From positions 1 through 64,000 of the forward strand of contig JBDLIE010000014.1 in assembly GCA_039715015.1 (NCBI GenBank): a DNA stretch of 64,000 nt. The letters run 5' to 3'. The position numbers and the translations under genes were made by a program. The notes below the pieces were generated by a model. The model saw only the letters and a list, made by a program, of their open reading frames with translations, was not told the origin of the DNA and did no database searches. This document shows positions 38,687 through 48,007 of this stretch, in pieces. This stretch comes from Thermodesulfobacteriota bacterium (GTDB taxonomy: Bacteria; Desulfobacterota; Desulfobulbia; Desulfobulbales; SURF-16). Each line of letters begins with the position of its first letter. Within the stretch, counting starts at the first letter, position 1.

Positions 38687-40513
38687 TTACTGCTGCCACT
38701 GTGCATTCTTTTTGGCAGCCAACTTGTTACGGGGATTTACCTTCAAAGCCTTCTGCAAGGAGTGGATACTTTCGACAACCTTTCCCTGCTTGTGCTGGGT
38801 TACTGCCAGGTTGACAAGGGCCTCGTCAAGGTAAGGGGGCTTAAGAGCAACAACTTGGGTATACATCTTCTCAGCCTTCGTGTATTTCCCGGCCGAGGCA
38901 TACAGATAGCCAAGATTAAAATAGGCATCGGTTAATTTCGGATTCAACTCCAAGGCCCGTAGGTAGGCAGAGGTTGCCTTACGCGACTCATAGCGGGCCG
39001 AATAAATTTTGCCCAGGTAAAAATGAACCGATGCCACCTTGGGGTGACTCTTTGCCATATCGCTTAAATGGGTAAAGGCTTCCTTTGGATGATTTTTTTC
39101 AAGATAGCTGGCATGTTCATGGAGTTGCTCATTTTCAACGATCTTTATCTTACCAGCCTTGGCATTTTTCCGTATTTTTTCAAAAAAGAGGATGGCAGCT
39201 TCGTAGGATGCTTCTTCAAAACCGCTGTCCTTATTACTGTCTTGCAGCCTGTCTTGCAGCGAGGAATTTTCCAGTTTTCCTTTTACTGAGCTAACGGTGT
39301 CTGAAAGCTGAGCCTTACCGGTAGCGAACCAAGAGCCGAGCCTCTCCTGCACAGGACGGGTAAAGGAGGTATCAACAAAGAAGATTCCCACGACGACTAC
39401 GAAGGCAAGAGCTGCAAAGGTAACGAAAATTTTCTTTGGGTTCCACCTTTTTGGAGGGGCATTCAGGACTATTGTCTTATCCTCCTCACTAATATCATCA
39501 CTTTGCCCAGGTAGGGGCGTAGGGGTGGGAGGGGGGGTAACAGCCAGACCTGCAGTCTTGAGGGCCTTCTCTTCTTTTGCTGCTTCCTCGTGAAACAGCT
39601 CATGCATATAGGCCGCCATTTGACCACGGGATACCCGGACAGCCAGTTCTTGGGAACAGACCTCAAGGTCCAGGCGCATCTGCTCAGCAGACTGGTACCG
39701 GAGGGCAGGGTCAACGTGGAGTGCCTTATTGATCAAGGCGTAGAGGCTGGCAGGCAAGCCCTGCTTAACCTGTTCAGGAGGAGTAAACTCCGCCTTGCCT
39801 GCTTTAAGAAGAATCGTTTGTGATTCCCCGGTATAGAGACGTTGACCAGTGGCCAGTTCATAAAGAAGGATACCCAAAGCAAAAAGGTCGGAGCGAAAAT
39901 CAATCTCTTTCCCTGAGGCCTGTTCAGGCGACATATAGGCCAGTTTACCTTTTAAAGAACCGACATATGTGGTGGCATCATGGCTTGATGCTTTGGCAAT
40001 ACCAAAATCAATCAGCTTAATTTCACCATTATAGGTGATAAAAATATTCTGGGGCCCCAGGTCTCGATGGATAATTTTGAGAGGCTCCCCAGAGAAATCC
40101 TTGAGATTATGGGCATATTGCAGGCCGTAGCAGATCTGGGGCAGGATGTAAAAAAGGGAAAGAGCAAGCTTAAGAGGTTTTGACTCGTCCTTGGATTTTT
40201 TTAAGACGGTTTTAAGGTCAACGCCGGAGAGATATTCCATGGAGATGAAAAAGGTCTCTGCCATCTCACCGAAATCATAGATCTGAACAATATTGGGATG
40301 TTGGAGAAAGGCGGCAAGGCGGGCCTCATCGATAAAGGCCTTGACAAACTCATCCTGATCAACAAGGTGGGGAAGAATTTTCTTAATGGCAACAATCTTT
40401 TCAAAACCTTGGGCACCAATAATCTTGCCTCGAAAGAGCTCGGCCATACCGCCCCGTGCTATCCGGTCAAGGAGAAGATACTTCCCATATTTTTCAGGCT
40501 TAAATTCTACCAT
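38687..40513 (-). CDS. Hanks-type Ser/Thr protein kinase with TM helix and C-terminal TPRs
   Basis: GGMAE, VAIKK, HRDL, DFG, YMSPE, SDLF. TM after a Pro-rich linker. TPRs (AYFNLG..Y). Confidence 0.93.
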   Translation of the reverse strand: MVEFKPEKYGKYLLLDRIARGGMAELFRGKIIGAQGFEKIVAIKKILPHLVDQDEFVKAFIDEARLAAFLQHPNIVQIYDFGEMAETFFISMEYLSGVDLKTVLKKSKDESKPLKLALSLFYILPQICYGLQYAHNLKDFSGEPLKIIHRDLGPQNIFITYNGEIKLIDFGIAKASSHDATTYVGSLKGKLAYMSPEQASGKEIDFRSDLFALGILLYELATGQRLYTGESQTILLKAGKAEFTPPEQVKQGLPASLYALINKALHVDPALRYQSAEQMRLDLEVCSQELAVRVSRGQMAAYMHELFHEEAAKEEKALKTAGLAVTPPPTPTPLPGQSDDISEEDKTIVLNAPPKRWNPKKIFVTFAALAFVVVVGIFFVDTSFTRPVQERLGSWFATGKAQLSDTVSSVKGKLENSSLQDRLQDSNKDSGFEEASYEAAILFFEKIRKNAKAGKIKIVENEQLHEHASYLEKNHPKEAFTHLSDMAKSHPKVASVHFYLGKIYSARYESRKATSAYLRALELNPKLTDAYFNLGYLYASAGKYTKAEKMYTQVVALKPPYLDEALVNLAVTQHKQGKVVESIHSLQKALKVNPRNKLAAKKNAQWQQ

Positions 40514-40883
40514 TATACGCTAAAAACACCCCAACAGGTCTTGCTCAACTCCCATACGCGTATCCTGCGACAGGTGCAGACCTCTCCTTAATCCCTCTCC
40601 ACTCTGAAGTAGTTGACAAGAACAAGCAAACGACAATTATAACCCTAACACTAAAAAATGACCTATGATCTCAAAGCACAAGACCTATCGGCTTCCAGCA
40701 AAAAAATCAACGCCTAACTATCGTTACATTAACAGCTAGTACAGCATAGCATATTCTCACCTTATTACCTGAAAAAACTACAAAAGAGTAGGGGGTTATC
40801 CTCTATTTGCCATAAATTACACTCTCTCTGTGAGAGGTACAGAACCTTCTGTACTTCCCCAAGGGATATTTTTCCAACAATCT

Positions 40884-41093
40884 TTAGTTTTTTAGAGGTT
40901 TTTCTTTATTTTGCTGAGCTTGGATCCAGCCCACTCGAATGGAGTATTGCTGACCAGCATCTTGCCAGTCGGGACATGTATCGGCATGACGTTTCATTGG
41001 TCGCGGTGCATCTTTACCCTTCACTTGCCGGCAAACACCGGTCTGTACATCGTCGACCTTAAAAAATTTACAGTTGAGACATACTTTTTCCAT
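40884..41093 (-). CDS. Small four-Cys protein (CxxCxFF...GxC...C)
   Basis: MEKVCLNCKFF..GVCR..TCPDW, preceded by an AGGA SD-like sequence. Confidence 0.65.
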   Translation of the reverse strand: MEKVCLNCKFFKVDDVQTGVCRQVKGKDAPRPMKRHADTCPDWQDAGQQYSIRVGWIQAQQNKEKPLKN

Positions 41094-41542
41094 AGTTTGC
41101 TTCCTGACACTTTCCTGTCGCATTCTTTTGCCGGCGTTGACGAACAGTAACCATAATTCGACTTTTCTTAATAAACCTATTCGCAGCAGATGAACAGGAT
41201 AAAGTCTCCCAATGGCATTCTATTTTGCGCACTTCTCCTTTTTCTTCCATCGTTAACAAACAGAACTTTTTGCATTTTGTTGTAATAAAAGCGAGGAGTT
41301 AGCGGCAAATTGCCGCAGTCACATTCTGACCATTTCCAATCAGAAACTGGTCTTGTTTCGTTACCTTCAAAAGCCGCCTCTCCCCCCCAACAAAAAAATA
41401 CCCTCCCCTTTTCAGGGTGATAGCAAGTTTTAGCCTTTCCTCTTTGTTACGGCACAAAACCTGTAATTGGGGAAATAGATTCGCTAATCGACTGATAATT
41501 TGAATTTACATATCTTATTTTTTCACCAGGAGAGGAAGAACA

Positions 41543-42340
41543 ATGAAGCATAAAAAACACCATTCAAAACTGGCCTGCCTATTAATGGTAAGCCCCATTT
41601 TATTGGCATTATTTGCCCTGGGTACACCAGTCCAGGCTGCCGGCTTAATGCAGGATGACTGTGTCAAATGTCACGAAACCGCGCCCAAAGACATCGCCAC
41701 CAGTGGCGAGGCCCACAGAACAGAGTTCACCTGTGTTGAATGTCATGACGGTCATCCACCTGTTTCAGGTGACGACATAATTCCCAAATGTAGCCAGTGC
41801 CATGAAGGAAGCTCTCATTTCAAACTCGACAACTGTTCCTCCTGTCATAACAACCCGCATACGCCATTGGTAATCTCTATTGATAACAACCTCACCGAGC
41901 CCTGCCTGACCTGTCATACCGACCAGATGGCCCAGCTCCAGCAACATGAAAGCAAGCATACCCAAGTCAACTGCTCTACCTGTCATCGCGATCGACATAA
42001 GATGATCCCTGACTGTATGCATTGCCATTCACCACATAGTAAAGAGATGGTCCAGAAAGACTGCCTGACCTGCCATAAGCCCCATATGCCGCTGCAAGTT
42101 ACTTATCCTGCCGACATACCGTCGACCAGCTGCGCCAGCTGTCATGCGGATGCCATGTCCCTCCTCCAGGCCAACCCAGCTGCCCATGCGAAGATCTCCT
42201 GCGCTACCTGCCATCAGGAAAAGCATAAGATGATTCCGCAGTGCACCTCCTGTCACGGCGAGCCCCATCCGGAAAGCATGCACAAGAATTTCCCCAAATG
42301 CGGTCAATGCCATGGCATAGCCCATGACTTGAACAAATAA
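41543..42340 (+). CDS. Periplasmic dodecaheme cytochrome c
   Basis: Signal peptide and 12 CxxCH motifs arranged as three tetraheme repeats. Confidence 0.93.
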   Translation: MKHKKHHSKLACLLMVSPILLALFALGTPVQAAGLMQDDCVKCHETAPKDIATSGEAHRTEFTCVECHDGHPPVSGDDIIPKCSQCHEGSSHFKLDNCSSCHNNPHTPLVISIDNNLTEPCLTCHTDQMAQLQQHESKHTQVNCSTCHRDRHKMIPDCMHCHSPHSKEMVQKDCLTCHKPHMPLQVTYPADIPSTSCASCHADAMSLLQANPAAHAKISCATCHQEKHKMIPQCTSCHGEPHPESMHKNFPKCGQCHGIAHDLNK

Positions 42341-42366
42341 CTTTTCCCGGCCCATAAGCAGCTATT

Positions 42367-42403
42367 AAAAAGGACTCTTGCCCCTAGGGCAGAGTCCTTT
42401 TTT
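42367..42403. terminator. Intrinsic terminator after the cytochrome gene
   Basis: AAAAAGGACTCTTGCCCCTAGGGCAGAGTCCTTTTTT hairpin. Confidence 0.85.
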
Positions 42404-42404
42404 G

Positions 42405-42478
42405 GGTCCAGCACGGATTACCGTGGAACCTCTGGTTCTAAAGGTTTTGATTTTGCCTTCCCCATTCAGACCTGAACG
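42405..42478. mobile_element. 74 bp miniature element resembling ISL3 ends
   Basis: Starts GGTCCAGCACGGATTACCGTGGAA, 22/24 identical to the reverse complement of the ISL3 end. Ends ACCTGAACG. Confidence 0.65.
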
Positions 42479-42731
42479 AGCAGGGAGCAGGGCAAAGGAA
42501 AGAGCATTGCAGCATGTCTGAGCACCCAGACACCGGGCATACACCTCCCCACGGCAATCAATGATGAACCTTTTTTAGCACAGGAGCGGCCCAGCTATTG
42601 AATATGATCACCATAGCCTGTAACTTTATACTGTTCTATGGAGCGGCGCATTTCGGAGATATAGCCAGGAGGCACCTGTTACCCTTTGGCAAAATTAAAG
42701 GTGCGCCATATTCCCATGTGAGGAGCGATGT

Positions 42732-43127
42732 ATGGCAAAAGGAGAGGCAAATAAGAGAGCGCGCCAGGAGGCGCTTACCCACCTTGGCAAAGATCTAACC
42801 AGGAGATCTCACTCCCACTGTGAACTGTGCGGCAAAGGTGGCACAAGGCTGGGCGCCGTTGAGGTTGCGCCACTACCGGCTGAGCCCGACCTGGAACACT
42901 CCATATTTATCTGCGAGCAGTGCCAGGAGGCAATGAGTCCAAATAATCTTAGTCCCCAATACTGGCGTTTCTTAGAAACAGCTATCTGGAGCGACCTGCC
43001 ACCTGTGCAGATCACGGCTGTCAGATTGACACGGCAATTCAGCACCCAGGGAGAAGATTGGGCCACCACGTTACTGGAAAGCCTCTACCTGGAACCGGCC
43101 ATCATTGAATGGCTCGATGGATCGTAA
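42732..43127 (+). CDS. PhnA-like zinc-ribbon protein
   Basis: GKDLTRRS..CELC..CEQC..W..L..AIWS..P.VQ; AGGAG SD. Confidence 0.7.
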   Translation: MAKGEANKRARQEALTHLGKDLTRRSHSHCELCGKGGTRLGAVEVAPLPAEPDLEHSIFICEQCQEAMSPNNLSPQYWRFLETAIWSDLPPVQITAVRLTRQFSTQGEDWATTLLESLYLEPAIIEWLDGS

Positions 43128-43130
43128 AAA

Positions 43131-43448
43131 TCAGGCGTTATTGGGCTTGCGGCGAATGAGTGTTTTATTGTTCGCCGCAGCGTTTTTGCCATCACCAGCC
43201 AGGGAAAGATCCTGCTCCCCCTCCGGCACATCACCCACTTGGTGATTGTCGACATTAGCCATTCGAATGGCTAATTTACGACGATGGGCCGGCATCTCTT
43301 TAAAGGTGAATTTCTTCTGACCGTCCTGGGCCTGAAAACGCTGCCAATCCGCCTTCCAATCTTCCCGATACCACAGAGAATGGTAGGTTCCTTCGTGCCG
43401 TTGTTGGGTATACTTTCTTTTGGCACTCTCAAGACATAATTTTTTCAT
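43131..43448 (-). CDS. Hypothetical protein
   Basis: 105 aa hydrophilic ORF; no family recognised. Confidence 0.5.
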   Translation of the reverse strand: MKKLCLESAKRKYTQQRHEGTYHSLWYREDWKADWQRFQAQDGQKKFTFKEMPAHRRKLAIRMANVDNHQVGDVPEGEQDLSLAGDGKNAAANNKTLIRRKPNNA

Positions 43449-43827
43449 ACTTCTGCTACACCCAGTTCAGCTTGCGAAAAGCCGAACCATTCAAATGATT
43501 TTTCCTGACCAACATCACCCCGCGATGTGGTCAAAAACCAAACTCGCCCCTAACGCGCATGTTGACCTAAACGTATAGTAAATCCATGAATCTTCTTACA
43601 AAACTTGTTATGTAGCATACACTTAAATAGGAAAAACTACCAGCAAAAAAATAATCAGAAACAATATCAAGCCCTTACATTGGGGTTCAAGTAAAGGTTG
43701 GGCGGAGCCGCTTTACAAAGAGTTTTGGCAGGTTGTGGTGCTCGACAAAGGTCGATTAAAACCTTTTCAAAACAAAGCAAACAATCCGTAACTAAAATTA
43801 AGGTAAGTATGCAAGAGGAGAGCAACG

Positions 43828-43866
43828 AAAAAAACGGCACAACCCAAAAAAGGATTATGCCGTTTT
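43828..43866 (-). terminator. Probable terminator downstream of the GGGtGRT gene
   Basis: AAAACGGCA...TGCCGTTTT hairpin with A/T tracts. Confidence 0.6.
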
Positions 43867-43898
43867 GCTCAATAGAAGAGGGAGGGGAAGCTGGATGG

Positions 43899-44894
43899 TT
43901 AGGAGGCCTGTTCCAGGGCTACGCTTACTGCAACAGAAGCTCCCACCATGGGATTGTTCCCCATGCCGATCAGGCCCATCATCTCAACATGGGCAGGCAC
44001 AGAAGAAGAACCGGCAAACTGGGCATCGGAATGCATGCGGCCCATGGTATCGGTCATACCGTAGGAGGCAGGGCCGGCGCCCATGTTATCAGGGTGGAGG
44101 GTACGACCGGTACCGCCACCGGAGGCCACTGAAAAATATTTCTTGCCCTGCTGGACACATTCCTTCTTGTATGTGCCAGCCACCGGATGCTGAAAACGGG
44201 TAGGGTTGGTGGAGTTACCGGTAATGGAGACATCCACCCCTTCCATATGATTAATGGCCACGCCCTCGCGGACATCATCGGCGCCGTAACAGCGGACCTT
44301 ACCACGATCGCCTTCGGAGTAAACCGTCTCCTCGACAATGTTCACCTCGCCCTTGCTGTAATCAAAGGCGGTCTTAACATGGGTAAAGCCGTTGATCCGG
44401 GCGATAATATGGGCGGCATCCTTACCCAATCCATTTAAAATGACCTTAAGGGGCTCTTTGCGGACCCGGTTGGCGGACTTGGCAATACCAATGGCGCCCT
44501 CTGCTGCGGCAAAGGACTCATGGCCAGCCAAAAAGGCGAAACATTTGGTCTCGTCCCGCAGGAGCATGGCAGCCAGATTGCCATGGCCGAGACCAACCTT
44601 GCGATCTTCGGCAACAGAACCGGGAATGCAGAAACTCTGCAGCCCTTCGCCAAGGGCAGCAGCGATATCAGATGCCACGGTGAGATCCTTTTTGATGGCA
44701 ATGGCCGCGCCAACTATATAGGCCCAGCAGGCATTCTCAAAACAGATGGGCTGAATCTCTTTAACCAGGGTGTAAACATCAACTCCATAATCTTCACAGA
44801 TCTTGCGCGCCTCTTCCAGGGAAGAGATACCATACTGCTCAAGCACAGGAGTAATCTGACCGATTCTTCTTTCATATCCTTCAAACAATGACAT
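43899..44894 (-). CDS. GGGtGRT-family protein (function unknown)
   Basis: Signature SGGGTGRTLHPDN, plus QPICFENA, GHESFAAAEGA, GNSTNPTRFQH. Confidence 0.92.
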   Translation of the reverse strand: MSLFEGYERRIGQITPVLEQYGISSLEEARKICEDYGVDVYTLVKEIQPICFENACWAYIVGAAIAIKKDLTVASDIAAALGEGLQSFCIPGSVAEDRKVGLGHGNLAAMLLRDETKCFAFLAGHESFAAAEGAIGIAKSANRVRKEPLKVILNGLGKDAAHIIARINGFTHVKTAFDYSKGEVNIVEETVYSEGDRGKVRCYGADDVREGVAINHMEGVDVSITGNSTNPTRFQHPVAGTYKKECVQQGKKYFSVASGGGTGRTLHPDNMGAGPASYGMTDTMGRMHSDAQFAGSSSVPAHVEMMGLIGMGNNPMVGASVAVSVALEQAS

Positions 44895-44912
44895 GTTCTT
44901 TCTCCTTTGTGC

Positions 44913-45605
44913 CTATTCTTTACGAGGATCGATGGTTTTAACGGCATCAGCAAAACGACCATAGGTGCCGGTAGCATCTTCCAGGGCCTTGTTGGCATCA
45001 ACCCCTTTTTTGATGGCATCCATCATCAGACCGAGATGAACAAACTTGTAGCCGATGATCTCGTCATTCTTATCAAGGCCGTTCTCCAGAACATAGCCTT
45101 CAGCCATTTCCAGATAACGGGGGCCTTTACGCGCTGTACCATACATGCTGCCGGTTACGGAACGCAGCCCCTTGCCTAAATCTTCCAGGCCGGCACCAAT
45201 GGGCAGGCCACCCTCTGAAAAAGCAGATTGGCTGCGGCCATAGACGATCTGCTGAAAAAGCTCACGCATGGCAACATTAATGGCGTCACAGACCAGGTCG
45301 GTATTGAGCGCCTCTAAAATCGTTTTGCCAGGCAGAATCTCGGAGGCCATGGCTGCCGAATGGGTCATCCCGGTGCAGCCTACCGTCTCAATGAGGGCCT
45401 CTTCGATGATGCCGTTCTTGATATTAACGGTGAGTTTGCAACCGCCCTGATGGGGGGCGCACCAGCCAATGCCGTGGGTCAGACCGCTGACATCGCCTAT
45501 TTCTTTAACCTGAGTCCAGCCACCCTCTTGAGGGATGGGGGCAGGGCCGTTTTTAGGGCCCTTGGCCACACAGCACATTTCTTCAACTTCGGAAGAATAA
45601 ATCAT
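44913..45605 (-). CDS. NifU/IscU-like partner of GGGtGRT
   Basis: GWCAP..GGCKL, ETVGCTGMTHSA, LVCDAIN. Cys spacing resembles the IscU fold. Confidence 0.75.
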   Translation of the reverse strand: MIYSSEVEEMCCVAKGPKNGPAPIPQEGGWTQVKEIGDVSGLTHGIGWCAPHQGGCKLTVNIKNGIIEEALIETVGCTGMTHSAAMASEILPGKTILEALNTDLVCDAINVAMRELFQQIVYGRSQSAFSEGGLPIGAGLEDLGKGLRSVTGSMYGTARKGPRYLEMAEGYVLENGLDKNDEIIGYKFVHLGLMMDAIKKGVDANKALEDATGTYGRFADAVKTIDPRKE

Positions 45606-45972
45606 GGTTTAACTCCATAATGGGATTTTACCGGGGCCTAACCCCCCTGGCGATTCCGTTTTCCATAGTTTTCTGCGGCAACCCAGGCTGTTTGAACAGG
45701 AATTCAAGGGGAGAGATCTCAAAAAGTCCGCCGCAAGCACCCCATCCATATAACCGATCTGTGAAAAAAAACCAGCTCGCACAACCCCTCATTTTCTTGC
45801 CTCACCACAGAATAAAATGAAATTCTGGAATTATTCCTCATCTCCCTTTCTTTTCCACCCTTTTTTATAACTGAAAACGACCGGCACTCAGAGCAAAAAC
45901 CAGCTAGGCATTTTTCAGCGACGTAAAATGCCCCCTATAAAGGCCTAACTGGTAACTGCTAAAAATATGTTT

Positions 45973-46254
45973 TTACTTTTCCGCTGTCGCAAATACAAAT
46001 TTTGACAAGTCGGCAAACTGCTCACCAGTCAACGACACCTTCGCTCTTTTACGCCTCAAAATTTTCTGCCACTCATCTCGACTTCGCTCCTCTGGATAAA
46101 TCAGGCCATGGCAACGGCCGCACTCCCGTAAAAAATAGCGCCTGCCCCTATTGATCTCTTCATTATCGCGAGTAAGGCTTTGTTTCGGGGAGCTGGCAAC
46201 GCAGCCCCCCAAAACCACGAGAAGCAGGAAAGATATCAGAAGATCCTTCATCAC
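45973..46254 (-). CDS. Monoheme cytochrome c lipoprotein
   Basis: Lipobox LGGC, CGRCH, P..RS..EW. GGAGGAG SD at the porin stop codon. Confidence 0.8.
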   Translation of the reverse strand: MMKDLLISFLLLVVLGGCVASSPKQSLTRDNEEINRGRRYFLRECGRCHGLIYPEERSRDEWQKILRRKRAKVSLTGEQFADLSKFVFATAEK

Positions 46255-46259
46255 TCCTC

Positions 46260-47606
46260 CTAGAACTGCCAGCCAATGCCAAGGTTGATTGTATTATCTG
46301 GGTCAGTAGCAGCCTCTGATTTAAGCACCTGATAATCCGCCTTCACAACCACATTACTTGTAGGGAAGAATGAGACACCCATGGTCAAGTCATGACGGTC
46401 TTTGGCGGGATCAGCAAGCAGCCCGGAAGGCATTTTATCCTGGGTGTCGTACTCATCATAACGGACAAAGAACAGGGCATCGGCCTTAGACAGCTTGCCT
46501 TGCCGCCAGTCTGCCGGGAAAAAATGGTACGCTGCTTCAATATAATACCCAAAAATCTCCTCGGCCACGCCAGCCCCAAGATTTTCAACGCCATCTATTT
46601 TTTCCAAGGCCACGGCACCGGCGAGATCCACATCTTTATATCTGAAGTCAAAATCAGCCTCATAGATTTCCAGATCACCTTTGAGATCTGGGTCGTCCCC
46701 CTTATTACCGTTATTGAGCCCTGAATAATAGAAAGATGTCCCCAAACGAAGCTGCATGTCGCGACCTGCAACAGGTGTATAATCCAGCCTAAAGGCATAG
46801 GCGGGGTCATTAAGACTTGGCCGTTCTTTGAGACGACCACCCCGTATGCCTGAGCTCGTTAGTTCAGAACCGTCAAGACCGCCAAGCACCGATACTTGAT
46901 ACCTCAGGTCACCCACAGATCCGAAAAGGCCTGCGCCATCCGACCACCAGGTCGTGGGTACGATGTATTTGTAGAAATTGGGCCGCTCCACACCGTTAAA
47001 GGCTGTGGGCTCATGATGCTGGTTAAGATACCCCACCGGCACCAGGGTGCGGCCCACCCTGACATTAGCATAATCGGCAAGAAGAAAATCAAGGTAGGCC
47101 TGCTCTATCTCAAGCTCACCACTGTCACCCGAAGAAACCATGGCATGCTCAATCTCTATTTCAGAGGTGAACTTCAGCCAATCAGCAAAATCGTAGCCGA
47201 TATAGGTGACAAATCTATGAATATCGAGCTGATCGTTGGAGTCCCCGTCCGGGTCATCGCCTTCGGAAAAATTGGCATGTATCTCGCCGTAACCGCCAAA
47301 GGAGAATTTTGCCCATGGCGAAGAAGACGGTTCCAGCTCTTCACTTAATTCTGCTACCACCTGGCGAACATCCTCTTTGCTCAAAACTTCTGGACGCTCT
47401 GCAGTCGCCTTTGGCGACTGTGTACCCTTGTCCAGACTGCCAAGCTTTTTTTGCATTTGATCAAGACTTCTATCCTTCTCGGCAAGGGCATTACTTAATC
47501 TTTCCACTGTGGCCTCAAGGGTGTTCAACCTCTCGTCATACTCCCCGGCACTGGCAGGTGCCGCCCCCAAGGTCAGAGCCATAAGCATTATTACTATTTT
47601 TTTCAT
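46260..47606 (-). CDS. Outer-membrane porin (OprO/OprP-like) with N-terminal coiled coil
   Basis: Signal peptide, coiled coil, FGGYGE, HRFV, EIEIEH, EQAYLDF, terminal LGIGWQF beta-signal. Confidence 0.85.
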   Translation of the reverse strand: MKKIVIMLMALTLGAAPASAGEYDERLNTLEATVERLSNALAEKDRSLDQMQKKLGSLDKGTQSPKATAERPEVLSKEDVRQVVAELSEELEPSSSPWAKFSFGGYGEIHANFSEGDDPDGDSNDQLDIHRFVTYIGYDFADWLKFTSEIEIEHAMVSSGDSGELEIEQAYLDFLLADYANVRVGRTLVPVGYLNQHHEPTAFNGVERPNFYKYIVPTTWWSDGAGLFGSVGDLRYQVSVLGGLDGSELTSSGIRGGRLKERPSLNDPAYAFRLDYTPVAGRDMQLRLGTSFYYSGLNNGNKGDDPDLKGDLEIYEADFDFRYKDVDLAGAVALEKIDGVENLGAGVAEEIFGYYIEAAYHFFPADWRQGKLSKADALFFVRYDEYDTQDKMPSGLLADPAKDRHDLTMGVSFFPTSNVVVKADYQVLKSEAATDPDNTINLGIGWQF

Positions 47607-47634
47607 TTTCGATTCTCCTCGCATTAGTGACGCG

Positions 47635-47728
47635 TTTAAAGTTAGGCTTCCCTAAATAATTTCAGAAAAGACTAATACCTGCCCTTGCCTTGCTCGTCAA
47701 GATATTTTTAGCCAAGCCTAACTTTAAA
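47635..47728 (-). promoter_or_regulatory. Two DtxR/MntR-type operator boxes flanking the porin promoter
   Basis: TTAGGCTTCCCTAA (47642-47655) and TTAGCCAAGCCTAA (47708-47721). Perfect 15 bp inverted repeat TTTAAAGTTAGGCTT / AAGCCTAACTTTAAA. Minus-strand TTGACG at 47700-47695. Confidence 0.6.
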
Positions 47729-47827
47729 ATCGAAACGCCAAGCACAGACCACCTACAAAAGCGCTTACAACAGGGCGCAGGTGCCCGCTCCCCATCATGA
47801 ACAAAAAAATGTTGGCGGCAAAATACC

Positions 47828-47855
47828 TTGACAATCAAACAATACTGACTATTAT
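47828..47855 (+). promoter_or_regulatory. Sigma-70 promoter
   Basis: TTGACA-N16-TATTAT. Confidence 0.65.
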
Positions 47856-48007
47856 TGCCACACCCTCCCGGAAAGGTAGCTGTTTAGCGGCGGGTTTTAC
47901 TTAGTGCAGAAAGTGGCCAGAGACGGGTGCCCTAAAGAATAAAAAATGTTGCCAGTCAGATTGGCGACAAAAGAAGTGCCCAGTAAAGGGGCTGAGGAAC
48001 GATATCA

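Noticed and set aside
41449..41466. Sigma-54-like element CGGCAC-N5-CTGT upstream of the cytochrome gene
   Set aside because: The -12 GC is missing, so it is too weak to call.
45818..45842. Short palindrome GGAATTATTCC upstream of the NifU-like gene as a Fur/PerR box
   Set aside because: Too short and poorly aligned with the consensus.
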